64,000 bases of DNA from Octopus sinensis (taxonomy: Eukaryota). The notes under the pieces are model-generated. The model did no database searches. It saw only the letters and a list, made by a program, of their open reading frames with translations, and was not told the DNA's origin. This document shows positions 26,933 through 41,092 of the stretch, one piece after another. Position numbers and translations under genes: made by a program. Every line of letters begins with the position of its first letter. The stretch's first letter is position 1. The stretch is taken from NCBI RefSeq assembly GCF_006345805.1, contig NC_043003.1, positions 111,166,001-111,230,000 on the forward strand, written 5' to 3'.

Positions 26933-27381
26933 GTTAAAATATTTTCGTTATGCGTCTCCCATTAGGCCAAATAGAAGAGAAAGAAACAACGTGTGCATGT
27001 ATACCAGGAAAGACAAAGACAAATTATTGATAACAAGACTAACAGTTTCCTAAAGATTTTCCATCTGAGATTTCTATATTGATAATTTATGTATTCCTAT
27101 ATAATCAAAATTCAGAAATTCAGAGCACTTACGTTTTCTACTTATAATCACTTCATGCAGAATAAATCAGCTAGTGTTTTTACACACAGATGTCTAATAT
27201 TGCTTCTTATATCTAGATGAACACCATATGAGACTCCTTTATTCTTTAAGGAAAAGATTTTTCTATCGAAGTAGCGATAGATTTGAATACTTCAATGTCC
27301 CCAGCTGACGTAAATGTACCTGAACATGTTACCAGGATAAGTTCAATAATCTGGATTTCCTCACCACTATGTTACAACTAT

Positions 27382-27675
27382 GTGGAGGTACATGGCCTAG
27401 TCGTTAGACCAGCGGACTCACGGTCGGGGGATCACGGGTTCGAATATCAGACCGGGCGATGTGTGTGTTTATGAGCGAAACACTTAAGCTACACGTGACC
27501 CTGGTAGAAGGTAATGGCAAACTTCTGCTGTTTCTTTCGCCAAAACTTTCTCTCACTCTTTCCTCCTGCATCTTGCAGCGTCCCGTACAGGTGGGAAGCC
27601 TATACGCCAAGGAAACCGAGAAATCGGCCCTTGTAAGCCAGGCGTGTCTCTGGAAGGAACAAACAAACAACAAAC
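27382..27675 (+). mobile_element. tRNA-derived SINE, family D, with RTE-like 3' part and (AAAC)n tail
   Basis: A box tggcctagtcg, B box gggttcgaat, internal gaaggtaatggcaaac, tail aaacaaacaacaaac. Confidence 0.75.
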
Positions 27676-28220
27676 ATGTTGCCACTATGCCTGATCTCTG
27701 CAAAACCGAAGCTTTCCCAAGAATCCTTAACCATCTATTATAGTGTAAATTAACTTTGACAATAATAACCGTTATCAATCTGTGTCCACAACAATCCTCA
27801 GCTAATACCACACTTTCAAATTCCTACCACAAAAGTAATCAAATATTAATTTGTTTATCATCAGCTGGTCTTATAAATGAATCCGTTGTGAAACTTTCTC
27901 AACCCGCTTTTCCATATCTAAATCAAGTCCGTCAATTCCGTAACGAACGAGAGGAAAAATTCCGGGCACACGTTTACAATCTTACTATAATTTATAATCT
28001 TCTAGTTACCCTGGTATTTAGAATGGTCACTTTATTATTCTGCTGAATCCTTTGGATATATTCACGTGGAACAGATATCTGAGATTCACCCGTATTTTTT
28101 TTTATTCAACATATTTGCAAATGCATTTATATTTCATGACGAGTTATCTCAGTTCTAGATGCCGAAATATCGTTCAACCAATTTCACATGTTAACTATGG
28201 CACCCTTCTATTTATTTTTC

Positions 28221-28296
<76 letters not shown>

Positions 28297-28341
28297 TAAC
28301 AATAACAATAATAATAATAAGAAGAAGAACAACAACAACAA

Positions 28342-28465
28342 CGAAAAATACCTTAGGAATGAGAACCGAGGTTCGAAATTTCCGCAACACACCTGATGAT
28401 GTTTGGAGTGTATCAGCCGAAACGTTGTGTTAACAATAAACAAGATGAGGACAAATACCCATCAA
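28342..28465 (+). mobile_element. Solo PLE-type 3' terminus (same family as the 34.3 kb palindrome) with minimal hammerhead at 28388-28431
   Basis: acac CTGATGA tgtttggagtgtatcagcc GAAA cg tt gtgtt; palindromic ACGT stem III; stem II degenerate; preceded by (TAA)n/(CAA)n. Confidence 0.75.
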
Positions 28466-28801
28466 GAGCCCTACTAGCTCTTAGTCATTTATAGCAAACA
28501 GGTTCAGATCGTCGAGATAAAACAGATGATTTAGCATATTATACATTTTGAACCCAATCCCTGTGATACTCAGTTCGTTTCAGAGTGGGGTCGGTGTCAT
28601 GCAAAAGAGTAATGGGGATAGGGAGTCACCTTGATAGATACTTCGTTTGATGTTGATGTTGTTTGATTGGCTCATTCCCTTACCATGGTTCAGGAGACGT
28701 GTATTCCACATGGTCATGCTAACTAGTATTTGGAGACTAGGGGAGGGATTTTGTATATCTCAAGGACCTCGTGTAGTCAATTATTATTATCATTATTATT
28801 A

Positions 28802-28866
<65 letters not shown>

Positions 28867-28879
28867 ATTATTATTGAAT

Positions 28880-29208
28880 GAGAGAGCAGTTCATGCCATC
28901 AAAGTGACACTGGGGTAAAATATACGAAGCCGAATACACCCATTATGACTACCCGTCTGATAAGAGTACACCAGGCACATGCATCACAACCATGTGTGCG
29001 TGACATGGTGATCTCATATCAAGATAAACTGCACATGATCTTGCAGGTCGGGCCCAGTTTGAATTTTCTTCAGGTTGAGTAGCCCATCCCGCTCAAAAGG
29101 TCCCTGAATAAGGGTTGTTTAAGGATGTTGAAAGAACCACCCATGTTTCCAGAGGTGAATTATTCAAACCCCAAAGAATCCCTCTAAACACATGGCTATG
29201 ATGCTCCA
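28880..29208 (-). mobile_element. 3' end of the same (TAA)n-tailed retroelement as 25570-26155
   Basis: Reverse-complement homology; tail read as (ATT)n at about 28780-28875. Confidence 0.7.
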
Positions 29209-29726
29209 TATTATCATTATTATTATTATCATTATTATTATAACTACTACTACTACTACTACTACTATTTTATTATTGTCGTCGTGTTGTTGCTGTTACT
29301 GTTGATTTAATCATCGTAAATTCTGTTCCGTATTATATGAAAGACATTAGCATACATGTTTGAACATATATAAATATATGGTTTGGCAAGTTAGCTCATA
29401 ACATATTGCACATCAGTGATGTCTTAGTTCCAAGCAAGACAGGTTTGGACATTATTTCCGCAAATCCATTTCATTGGTAGTTGCATCAAGTAGATTATAA
29501 ATTTTTCCATTAATTGAAAATAGTCGAAAGCCTACCATTAGTATCGAGCAGAAACACCATGTTGATATCTTGGGAAAAGTAATATTTTTTTTACAAAATA
29601 TTTTTTTTGCTTTCAGCCATTGTAATATTGTCTATATATCTTAGTAAGTGAAACTTTGAGGAATTTAAAGCTATCGAAAAATACACACACACATACACAC
29701 ACACATACACACACACACACACACGC

Positions 29727-29761
<35 letters not shown>

Positions 29762-29939
29762 TCTACGCGTGCTGCGATACCATAAAAGAGAAATTAAATC
29801 GTCCCGAAAGTAAAGTGTTTACACATTTGCGCCGTTCCTACAGCATTAAGAATATGTTATCTCTTATTTCTAGCAAAGTAGATCTCTTGCTACTTTTAGT
29901 CACACTAAGTGACGATTGAATTTGTGTGTGTGTGCATAT

Positions 29940-30036
<97 letters not shown>

Positions 30037-30503
30037 TTATCTAAGTGTATGTATAGAAATATTGCTACATATTTAAAAAATTGATTTGTAAAACATTCTG
30101 GACTGTGTTTGATCTTACTGTGCAGCGATCCAATCAAGTGTACTCTATAATTCAGTAGGTTGGGACGGAAAAATTCAGTTGAATGTCATATTCATATACG
30201 TAAATATTCATACGCATAAATATACATACATTCACACAAACACACATATGCGCAATTATACATGCATATTTAGGTAATAGCTTATTGCGTCTGTAATAAG
30301 CTAAGATAATGTAATCATATCATAAGTATCTGTAGTGAACTGTATAACGCTGTAACTCTATAAGCAAAGGTCGATAACATATGTGATCCCGACTTCTTCA
30401 CAAGTAATTAGATGCTCTGAAAGTCTTCGCCCTGAAGACTAGTCTATTGCTTGAAATCTGTGAAACTAGAAACGAATATGTTTTATATATTCTCTCTATA
30501 TAT

Positions 30504-30885
30504 GCATAGGAGTAGCTATATGATAAGTAGCTTGCTTACCAACCACATGGTTATGGGTTCAGTCCCACTGCGTGACACCTTGGGCAAGTGTCTTCTACTA
30601 TGACCTTGGGCCGACCAAAGTCTTGTGAGTGGATTTGGTAGAGAGAAACTGAAAGAATCCCGTTGTATATATGTATATGTGTATGTTTGTGTGTGTGTTT
30701 GTCCCCCCAACATCGTTTGACAACTGATGCTGATGTGTTTATGTCCCCGTGACCTAGCGGTTCTGCCAAAGAGACCGATAGAATAAGTACTAGGCTTACA
30801 AAGAATAAATCATGGGGTCGATTTCTTCGACTAAAGGCGGTGCTCCATCATGGCCACAGCCAAAGAGTAAAAGAGTAAAAAGAGT
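30504..30885 (+). mobile_element. SINE family C, full length
   Basis: gggttcagtcccactgcg B-box region, caccttgggcaagtgtctt CORE-like motif, aaagagt-repeat tail. Confidence 0.88.
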
Positions 30886-31852
30886 ATATAAAACATATAT
30901 AAACATTATATATAGAGAGAGTGAACTTGTGCGTCTGTGTGTCTCTGTGTCATTCTGAGTATACACTGACTGTAGACACTGTCAACAAATACATTGCAGA
31001 TTCAGCAGGCAGCATCACCTACATCTGTGACCAGAGCAGTTCAAGAAATGTCATATCTCCCTTCCTGAAGCTTTACTTCTATTTCTTTGCATCAGTTCTT
31101 ACACATAATCAGTTCCTTTTGCAACTGCATCAGTATAAATCGAAGAAGACGTTTGCCCCTCAACTTCAGGAGTATTGCTTTGTAAACATACTGATGTGGG
31201 TTTTCATATTGAATCGTAAAACTCTGAATAACTACGATTCCTTACAAACCAGTTGAAAAATATATTACCAAAGAAGATTTTAAGGCTATATTCTACTTCT
31301 TAATCACATGTGTTCATAATTCTCTCTAGAATTCCCATACAAAGCTATGCATACTTGTACATATTTCCTCTACATCTAATGCACCACCCTTCATCTTTAT
31401 AAAAAAAACTATTTTCCTCTTTTGCGTCACTAAATTAAGTCCCATAAAAATTATTTTTGCTTAATAGCCATTCTTCAATACGCTCATTTGTGGTACATTA
31501 CCTAAGTAATTCCATATGAAAATTTAGATAATCTTGTATTTATAGTAAGGCAATAATCCTGATGTACCGAGGAAATATCTTATACGTTAACGTGGAAGAA
31601 ACAGAATTAAAGATTATTTGTTGCTCTAAAATAAAATATAGAAGTCTATATGATATGATTGTTAATCTGATGAAATGCTCTTACTAAGACAGTGATAGTA
31701 AAAACAAAATAACAATTTTAACAAGAATGATAAGGAGAAACGTATATGTAACTGTGGGGAATGCTTGCCAATATGTGTATGGAAACTGCAATAACGTCAA
31801 AGGAAAATCAGGAAGAATGCTGATTACCAAAAGAAACATTTTTCGATATACC

Positions 31853-32083
31853 TATTTCTTTACTACCCAAAAGAGTCTAAACACAGAGGGGACAAACAAG
31901 GACAGACAAACGGACTAAGTCGATTATATCGACCCCAGTGCGTAACTGGTACTTAATTTATCGACCCCGAAAGGATGAAAGGCAAACTCGACCACGGCGG
32001 AATTTGAACTGAGAACGTAACGGCAGACGAAATTCGGCTTCGCATTTCGCCCGGCGTGCTAACGATTCTGCCAGCTCGCCGCC
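31853..32083 (-). mobile_element. SINE family A, well-preserved full copy
   Basis: Reverse complement starts ggcggcgagctggcagaatcgttagcacgccgggcgaaatgcg...ctcagttcaaattccgcc. Confidence 0.9.
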
Positions 32084-32749
32084 ATAGAGATATAGATATA
32101 TTGACGTTGTTAAAGATAAATAAATGTTTACATTCCAAGGTGAGTCTATGATTGCTTTTACAATACAACTTCAATTTGTAAAAAATACTGGTGTCATTCA
32201 ATCAGTCATTGATTTCACGTGCGTGCCCCCTTTTGTTATCCTCCTATGGACAACATAAATGTATCCTTTACTCTAAAACTATAGTGTCTCTTAATGTGTT
32301 GATCATATGTGCGTGAGGAGATACCTGCGTGTGTATGCTAATGGCAGTTGGACATCCAACCGAAGCTTACGAGGTTAGTGAATAGTTGAATCGAGTGAGG
32401 GCAAAAAAAATTGAGAAATTATTTCTCTGTAGATGTACTATGTAATCAAAATGTATCACCGAAGAAAGTCACGCGAAATAATATTCTATTTTCTTATATG
32501 AAATACATTCAGGTATATTTTCTCGTGACGAGAATCATGACAGGGCATGTCTTTCAGGTTAACTATTATCGAAATGTTAACAGGTTATATCAAACTTGTA
32601 CATCTGTGAATGTAATGAAATCAAAAGTCCAAATCTAGGAAATAAACCAAACAACATATCATGCAATATAACGTTGTTTCCTACAGAAAGGCAATAATCA
32701 TATACATTTATAATAATAAAAATATGATTATAATGAGCGTGCACCGGTA

Positions 32750-32970
<221 letters not shown>

Positions 32971-33026
32971 ATATAGATAGATAGATATATAGATAGATTT
33001 ATAGATAGATAGATATATAGATTTAT

Positions 33027-33101
<75 letters not shown>

Positions 33102-33479
33102 GACGGGGAAAAGAAAAAAGACACATGCCCACATGCATACATACATACATACATACATACATACACGTTTCATTGTGAATTTTAAGTATATCCTTGTGCA
33201 TAGACACGCGTATGCATTACATAGCGTAGTCGTACTGTATAAGTCATTTCCATAGAAAACAGTACATCTCATGTGGCTCTATAATAATTAGGTATTGCAA
33301 ACACCTAGACACACGGAAGCGTTAGAAAGGAAACATCATGATTTCGTGTTTGGATTTGTTGCCTTTGGCTTCTCTCCATTCACAACTCTGCAGGATTAGC
33401 CGATAACATATTTTATATTTCACGTACTATTTGCATACAGAAGCTCCATTTTACTCACAGTTGTGCATCTGAGTATCGC

Positions 33480-33900
33480 ACAATCGGTCTACGGCCTTTT
33501 CACTCTATCCATCCCAGCGTATCTGTGTTACTTTTACACCACTGGACATTAAATGCTGCCATTATTCTCTTGATTCTTGGGTTTCTTTCATATTTGGTCC
33601 AGATCATTATGCTATATCTTCTTCCCATCCCAATGGAGTTCTTTCGCGTTTATATCTTTCGATTTCATCGATATCGCTCGACCACAGAACGGTTAATCTG
33701 TTGTCTCTAGGTGTTGTCTTTTGCCTGGGATACTTAAAAATTTGCTACCGGTATTTTGGGATCAGAAGGTTTACTCCAATCTTTTCCTGATTTACTTCGT
33801 TTCTGATATGCTCGGGCGGTGATATAGCAAGGATTGGTCTGTTCGTAGTCCTCTGTGTGCAAGTCATCCACTGTACCTCTTTGTGTATACTAGCACATGT
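33480..33900 (-). mobile_element. Decayed RTE-like LINE 3' fragment
   Basis: Minus-strand pieces EHIRNEVNQEKIGVN, PRDNRLT and PLGWEEDIA..SGPN...RE.WQHL resemble the RTE C-terminus; several stops. Confidence 0.45.
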
Positions 33901-34257
33901 TTCATTCGAAAACAAAATGTGATCAAAGTACAGCTGAAAATAAATGTGCATCACAAACTCTTAAATATCAACGTTCTACCTCTGCTCATGCATGCAATTG
34001 AGATATGAATTATAACGAAGGATGCATACACATACACACACACACACACCCACAAACACATACACACACGAAGAAGCCAACACTAACACATACAGGGAGG
34101 GAGAGAGAGAGAGAGAGAGAGTAAGAAAGCAAGAGGCAGAGAGAGGGAGAAAGGGAATTTTTTATTAACATGTATCATAAAATATATATGCATACGTATG
34201 TATACAAATATATATTACAGTTCTATATTTAAGAGATGAGGAATTATGTACATTATT

Positions 34258-34556
34258 TACATTATTTAGATTTGGCGGATATTTGACCTCATCTTGTTTC
34301 TTTTTAACACAAAGTTTCTGCTAATGTACCTTCCAGCCTTCATCAGGTGGGGAGATTTCGAACCTGGGTTCTCATTCCTAAGGTATTTTTCGATGTTATT
34401 ATTATTATTATATCATCGAAAAATACTTTAGGAATGAGAACCCAGGTTTGAAATTTCCCCAAGACACCTGATGAAAGCTGGAGGGTATATAAGCCGAAAC
34501 GTTGTGTTAACAACAAACAAAATGAGGACAAGTGTCCGTCAAATGTAAATAATGTA
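34258..34556. mobile_element. Fold-back palindrome (about 140 bp arms around an 18 bp (TTA)n spacer), each arm a PLE-type 3' end with a hammerhead motif
   Basis: Left arm 34258-34395 is the diverged reverse complement of 34414-34556. Confidence 0.88.
34463..34508 (+). ncRNA. Minimal type I hammerhead (palindromic ACGU stem III, GUU site)
   Basis: gacac CTGATGA a agctg gagggtatat aagcc GAAA cg t t gtgtt; stem I gacac/gtgtt; stem II partly mismatched; mirror copy at about 34306-34350 (-) is more decayed. Confidence 0.6.
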
Positions 34557-34898
34557 AAAATATATATCTTTTGACTTTTATTACTTCTAACATATTTCAG
34601 TAATTTGAATACAGCCATGCTGGAGCACGGCCTTAGATTTTTTATTTGCCTGAATCATCACTATTACTTGCTTTTAACCTGGTTGATATTATTCACTCTT
34701 AGAGTGAAAAGCTATGTTACGAAAACACAAAGGAAGCTAATACTTATTATCAAGCTGTGATCGGAGACAAACATAAAGACGCGCATCGAAAGAAGTCAAC
34801 AAATGCAGTGTTACATAGAGAAATACATGAGTAAAAAACACAACAACGCAAGGACGTTCAACAAATACAGTATTATTGGACGCTCAGGAAAGAAGGAG

Positions 34899-34935
34899 TG
34901 CTTAACGTTTCGAGCGGAGCTCTTCGTCGGAAACA
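34899..34935 (-). ncRNA. Minimal type I hammerhead-like motif with variant core CCGACGA
   Basis: Minus: tgttt CCGACGA a gagc tcc gctc GAAA cg t t aagca; stem I tgttt/aagca; lies in a repeat spanning about 34760-35010. Confidence 0.55.
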
Positions 34936-35489
34936 TAGGAGAATGAAAGAACATGAGAAGGGAAGACAGAGGAAAAACATCGCCAACGGTACACACGAGG
35001 TCTCATTTTGAAAGCATATATATATATATCAATGTCAATCTGTCTATATATATATCTATTTATCTATCTACATAAATAATATATATCTGCGTATGTGAGG
35101 ATAGGATTTGTCTATGTGTGTCTGTAATTTTTTGCCAATGTATCGTATGAAGACATATTTGTTGGAGGAAGTGTCATGAACATGATAAGCTTTATATAAA
35201 CATAGAAATTAATCAAATCTGTTAAGATTAAAATGAATGAATCCCTTCTTCAAACTTCCATATGATGAATTAAATATTCATAACAATACGAAACAACATT
35301 GCTTCAGCATGTAAATTATTAAGTATTTGTATTTATTTTAAGAAGACTTACGCGTTCCAGGATAATATATTTGTATACAAAATTTTCTTACCTGCAAAAA
35401 AGAATAAAATTATTGTTATAATATTAGTTACAAAATAATGTTTATCTAGAAAAATAAAAAAGCGGTTAGTATTATCAGGATAAACTAAG

Positions 35490-35705
35490 TCAGCGAGCTG
35501 CTCGTATCGTTGGCAAGCTGGATAATGTGCTTACTTTGTATTCCATCCATCTTTATATTTTGCGTTCAACTACCTCACATATTTAGTGTGTGTTTCACGA
35601 TTTAGGGATCGATAAAATAGCTACCGGTCAAGCACTGGGGTCGATGTAATCCACCAGATTCTTCACCCAAAATGTCAGGCCTTGTGCATATGGGAGAAAT
35701 GAATA
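35490..35705 (+). mobile_element. SINE family A, strongly decayed
   Basis: cagcgagctg head, gatcgataaaat...cactggggtcgatgtaatc and aggccttgtgc tail. Confidence 0.65.
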
Positions 35706-37601
35706 TTCGCTTACGCTATTCTTTAGGATGTCAGATATTGAGAAGTGATAAGTGGGGAAAAAGAAGCACGTAATTTTGTGGAATGGTGTATTGGCTATTG
35801 CTGGGTTCTAAACATCGAGCTATCCCAAAGGGAGGGTAGTTTGTGTAGCAATTGTGTATGAAATAATTACGATCGTATGTGCGCGTACGAACCCATATTT
35901 CGGTGAAATGTACAAGCAATATAAACTGGAATGTGAGTGTGTTTGCAAGAGTATGTAATATGAGTGTGAAATTATCACCATTCCATTTATTACAAATATT
36001 ATTACAAGTTATTCTTTTGTTATTACTTGTTACCTGTATTAAACATTAAAGAAATAACTGAACATATCTTTTGCACTTTAAAAAATATTTCTTTTATTAA
36101 TTATTAATTAGTAAGTAAAAATTTGAAAATATGTTATAAAACATAGTAGTAGTACATAATTAGTTATTACATTAAATAGACTAATACAAAATTTAGTTAT
36201 ATATTACAGTGAATTCTACATCTAAAAACAAATTTGCTTGAGATATAGCTTAAGTTATTTCCAAGTTTTCACATCTTTAGTTATGACGAAATACCTATTT
36301 TTTACATAATGAATTTGCCTACCATATATTCTTTTCTATTTTGCATAAAACTTTAGCTATATTTTTACTTCTGTTTCTCATTTTTTAAGTATTGTAGTGT
36401 GTCAATATTTTAACAAAATGGTGTTACCTTTTAAATTTATAATGTTAGGTTGTAAATTAAGATCAAATAATTTAAATATTGAAATTTTTATCCTTAGCCG
36501 CAATATTTTAAGTAAAAGTTTTCTTGTTCGCTACCTTACTAGATGTAATAACTTGTCCTGTGCTTTTCCAGATGTAGAATCTTAAGAATATTATTCCTCT
36601 TGCTCATATATTTCCATGTTATCCATGTTTTTCCAGGCTATGCAACAATCCTAATCAATAACGTGTCAAATATGTCAATTAGCTGTATCGTGGGTAATTT
36701 TTTCCTTACTTCCATGACGCCGGTGACATATATTAAAATTCCGCTTATTGAATTATATGCATAGAACTATATTATCATTTTAGAAACAAACACTTAACTT
36801 TTTTTCTTTTAAAAATCTCATTGCATGAGTTTGATACCATGAAATTTCTACAATTGAGTTCAATCATTTAAGCGTAATTAAAATATAATTTGCTTTTATA
36901 ATAAAAACGTTAATTATACTTCAATTCAATTTTTCGAATTACTTTTATTTTTCCGTGCTATTTTACCCAACATTTTTTGATACAAATGTTTGTTGCATGG
37001 GACTAAAACAATGACATTCTTCATGCTTTCTTCAATCATGGAAGCTAAAATAAATACAATTTATTCTAAAATAAAGAAAAAAGGTATTTATATCTAAACT
37101 AGATTGGTAGTGTTAATTACTCTCCTATAAGGTTGCTACAAATTTTGATGCAAATATTTTTTCTACTGGATCTCAATTTGCTATATTAACAGCTTTCAAA
37201 CTGGTTAAGAAACGATTTAGCGACAATCTCTGAAAGATGCTGCGTAGGAGTAAATTGCGATCTTAAGAGTATTGTTCAACTACGGTTGTAGTTGAATGAG
37301 ATATATACATATGTATGTGTGTATATATGTATATACACACATATGTCCGTACACATACACACAAAAACGTTCTCATGTCCCTTTACAAATATTTATATAT
37401 ACTACGCTGTCTTTACTATTTACTCACAGTTATATATGAGCCTTCACAAATATGCATACCGCATTCATTCTTTTTCTCATACGATTTTATGAAAAAACCT
37501 GCTTCTACCAATTGCATGCAGGAAAATTTTTAACCGTCACAGTATTAAATTTCCATACTCTACTACCCGGAATGTTGTCGAACACATAGCATAAGCGTAA
37601 T

Positions 37602-37642
<41 letters not shown>

Positions 37643-37762
37643 ATATAGGAAAGTATTGTAGTTCGTTTGAAGCATTGTGATTTATTTGTGAAATATAACG
37701 TGTCTTGAATAGCAAAATAATGCAGAGTGGACTATAATAACTGTTATAATTTAATCATCTAT

Positions 37763-38290
37763 AGTCTGATATATTTCAGAATACAAAAGTTCCTTCTTCA
37801 GATATTGCTAGGAGTTGCTCGGGTCACTGCTATAATCGGTTTTGCAACGGTTACTGATATTTTATTTCCGAAGCCTCTCTGCAGTAGTCTCCCGAAGTTT
37901 CTTCCAGAATTCCGTTTCTGTTGGCACATCCCCAACACTGCTACTAAGTTTATAGTTTATAGTGTATTATAGTGAAGTTTCATTTTTTTCTTACAATACA
38001 TGAGCATGTTATCAGAAATGAACTTACAGGCCTCCAAATGTAAATAATTAATATATTGATTGCCATTCTCGAGCCAGTTGTTAATTTGGAGCCATATTCT
38101 GCCTATGAGGAAAGCTTCCTTAATTCTTAGATTTCCCAAATTTCTGTCATTGGCCTCATTTTTGACTGTTGTGCATTTGCTGGTGTTCCGGCACCTGTCT
38201 AGATGTTTTCTGAAGGAGGGCGCTCTCGTGTTCATATGCTTTTTGATACGTATATGTTACGGTCTTGTGCATAGAACTTGTAACCGTTAG
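37763..38290 (-). mobile_element. PLE 3' fragment: GIY-YIG C-terminal half plus downstream hammerhead-like motif (37763-37806)
   Basis: SFRKHLDRC...DRNLGNLRIKEAFLI...QIN..LE resembles the GIY-YIG catalytic-Glu region; minus-strand CTGAAGA aggaacttttgtattct GAAA tata TC; stem I poor. Confidence 0.55.
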
Positions 38291-38315
38291 AAATCCGATT
38301 ATACTCCGAAATATT

Positions 38316-38384
<69 letters not shown>

Positions 38385-38409
38385 GTGTGTGTATGTGTGT
38401 GTATGTGTC

Positions 38410-39340
38410 ATGCAAATGTCTCATGATTACTTGGACGTAAAAAGTTTAGCTGTGAATGAGTCCGTGAGGAGTGAAAGTTGCAAGAATCATGTTCGCACAT
38501 TGGTGACATGAGACTGGGAAGTTGTTGTGCAAGGATGTCGTCGAGAGGTCCGGAGTGGTAATCATCATAACATAACTGGCAGGCACAAACCTCATTATCT
38601 ATGAGGATATTCTTTATATGTCTTATGAAAATAGGGAAAAAGTGTCGTCCAGGAGATCTTTAACAATATGAATGTACAGAAGGGGTATGTTAAGAAGTAA
38701 ATGCATTGTTAGGGATGCAGGTAGAGATGGTTATAAGTAGCAAGCGGTGTTTGAGTTCGAGATGGGGTGTATTCTTGAGTTTGCAACGTTTTCAGTTGTG
38801 TGGAGGGGTTGGGCGTTTGGAAGAAGATCCTTAGTTACTGTTCTTTTGTAAGAACAAAAATATGAGTAGGTTACGTAGAGTCGAGAGTGTCTGTTCATGG
38901 ATGTGCGGAAAGATAGATCGGACGGGAGTTTTCGGAGATCGGATATGATAGTGTGCTAGAGGATTACTATAGAGTGATGGGTGTGAGGAGAAAGGAAGAT
39001 GCTTGCGAGTGGAGAAATGGATTGAAATAAGTGTATGAAGAATTGGATAGGGTGCATCATTTGATGTCCGACGATTCTGTGCTCCGATATGAAGTTCTGT
39101 ATCATTTACTAATTCTGTCTGAGAAAAGTATGGCTGGGGCTAAAGAGAATACGGGGGAAAGCGTTGATTTTAGGGGTGTGGATATTTGCATGGTGTGAGT
39201 CGAAGTATGAATGGGGGGGGTCTGTATTTTTATGAAAGATGATTGTGGCCAACGTGGAGTATGATTAGTGGTATCTGAGCATGTTAATTATGGCGACAGA
39301 AATAAAAGTGCATTTTACAAGGGATGAAATCTTTGACTCG
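38410..39340 (-). mobile_element. Decayed TE-like coding remnant (possible LINE ORF1 with CxxC pairs)
   Basis: C-rich minus strand; fragments CQLCYDDYHSG and CHQCAN; many stops; family not identifiable. Confidence 0.3.
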
Positions 39341-39351
39341 TACATATATAG

Positions 39352-39396
39352 AGTAGGACGTCGGTTTTCGAACAAATCTATTCGCAGTAAATAGTG

Positions 39397-39430
<34 letters not shown>

Positions 39431-39557
39431 CACGATTTATTCGTGATCGGGGGCGTTAGTAAATCAAGGTACTACTATATTAAATGAATAGGAGAATGGC
39501 AGGAGATAAAGTACGATTTATTCGTAATCAGAGTTGTTCGAAAACCGAGATTCTACT
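39352..39557. mobile_element. About 205 bp element with 52 bp inverted termini (MITE-like or inverted PLE tails)
   Basis: agtagga..tcggttttcgaacaa...gtgctttat (39352-39402) versus ataaagtacg...ttgttcgaaaaccgagattctact (39506-39557); extra partial copy at about 39425-39450. Confidence 0.7.
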
Positions 39558-39653
39558 GTACATATCTACATGTGAGTGCGTGTGTGAGTGAATGAATGTG
39601 TATGTATATATTTAGTATATATTCATATATGTTTGTACACACGTATACTATAT

Positions 39654-39702
<49 letters not shown>

Positions 39703-39771
39703 TATATAATAAATTAATATATAAATTAACGTATGCATATATACATACATATATGTACGTACCTACCTCTA

Positions 39772-40420
39772 CATGTATATATACATGCATATATGGGTAG
39801 AGGACACCAAAGAAACGTCGAACACAATGAGAAACGAAATTTCTTCATTCTTACTGTTTTTTTCTAAAACCATTCCCTTTTTTTCTCTCCCTTTCTCTTG
39901 CTCCTCCTCCTCCCTCCCGTCGTTGAACCGTGACGAGAGCGCTGCTACTGTCTTTCTGACCTGGCTTCCTTCAAGTGTGGCTGGCTTTCCTGTCTCTCTC
40001 TTGCCGTCCACAAAAGCGTTCAGAATATTTTTTTTCTTTCGTTCTGGCTTAACAGCTCTCAATGTTTGTGTTACTGTTATTCTCCTTGACCTGTTTATAT
40101 TTTGTATTGTTTTTACTGTCCTGTTTTTGTTACCATTTTTACTCCTTCACAAAAAAATCTAAATTTTTTATTTAATTTGCTTTTCGCGGGAAGAAATGTT
40201 TCATTAAAGTCGTGTCTCGCCTTGACCTTCGAAACGCGGAGTAGATGAAACAAAGGCGACTGAAGAAGGGGAATTTTCCTTGTACTGTATGTCCTGTACT
40301 CTATTTTTTCGTTTTTTAAAAAAATGACGATTTCCTCGGTTTTGTGTTTATGTTTTCGCCTCTCATTGTGTTCGATGTTTTTTGGTGTCCTGTACCCATA
40401 TATGCATGTATATATACTTG
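39772..40420. mobile_element. About 650 bp element with 65 bp inverted termini ending in gtacccatatatgcatg-(TA); broken hammerhead remnant near 40198-40250
   Basis: catgcatatatgggtagaggacaccaaagaaacgtcgaacacaatgaga versus its reverse complement at 40352-40420; gtttcat...cttcGAAAcgcggaGTAgatgaaac lacks the CUGANGA half. Confidence 0.65.
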
Positions 40421-41012
40421 TTGAGGTACATATATGTATTTAGATATGCATATGTTTTATTTTATTCATTAATGTATTATATGGCGGAACGCACGCATCC
40501 ATTTCTAAGTAAGATTGTTCTATATATATACACACACAGACACACACACACGCATACATACGCCCACACTGAGAGGCAAAAATAATTAGAATAATGTTTC
40601 AATAATTTGTGGTATATAATCTAATGCAAAACTTGACATCGTGATATCAAAATAGATAATTTACATAGATAGTGTCAATACTAGTTTATATTAATGCTAT
40701 TTTAAATGCATAAAGTTTATAGCATAACCGCACAGATTACGACATATCATTTTTTCCAAATTATATCTACATATGCAAATTAACGTAAACCTGAGTGGAA
40801 AGTTTAGCAAATGAAAATAGAGAATCATAAAATCTTCTATTACTAAACAAATAAATACCGCTTCTAAATCTATAAATTATGTGCAATTTAAATATAATCA
40901 ATCGCAGAGATATATACGTACATACTGGAAAAGTGCATATGTATTATATATATATATAATTATATATATATATATGAGTGTGTGTGTGTGTGTGTGTGGG
41001 TATACACACATG

Positions 41013-41092
<80 letters not shown>

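Noticed and set aside
30921-31256. 111 aa ORF in unique-looking sequence
   Set aside because: No motif, and the opposite strand is closed; cannot be called coding
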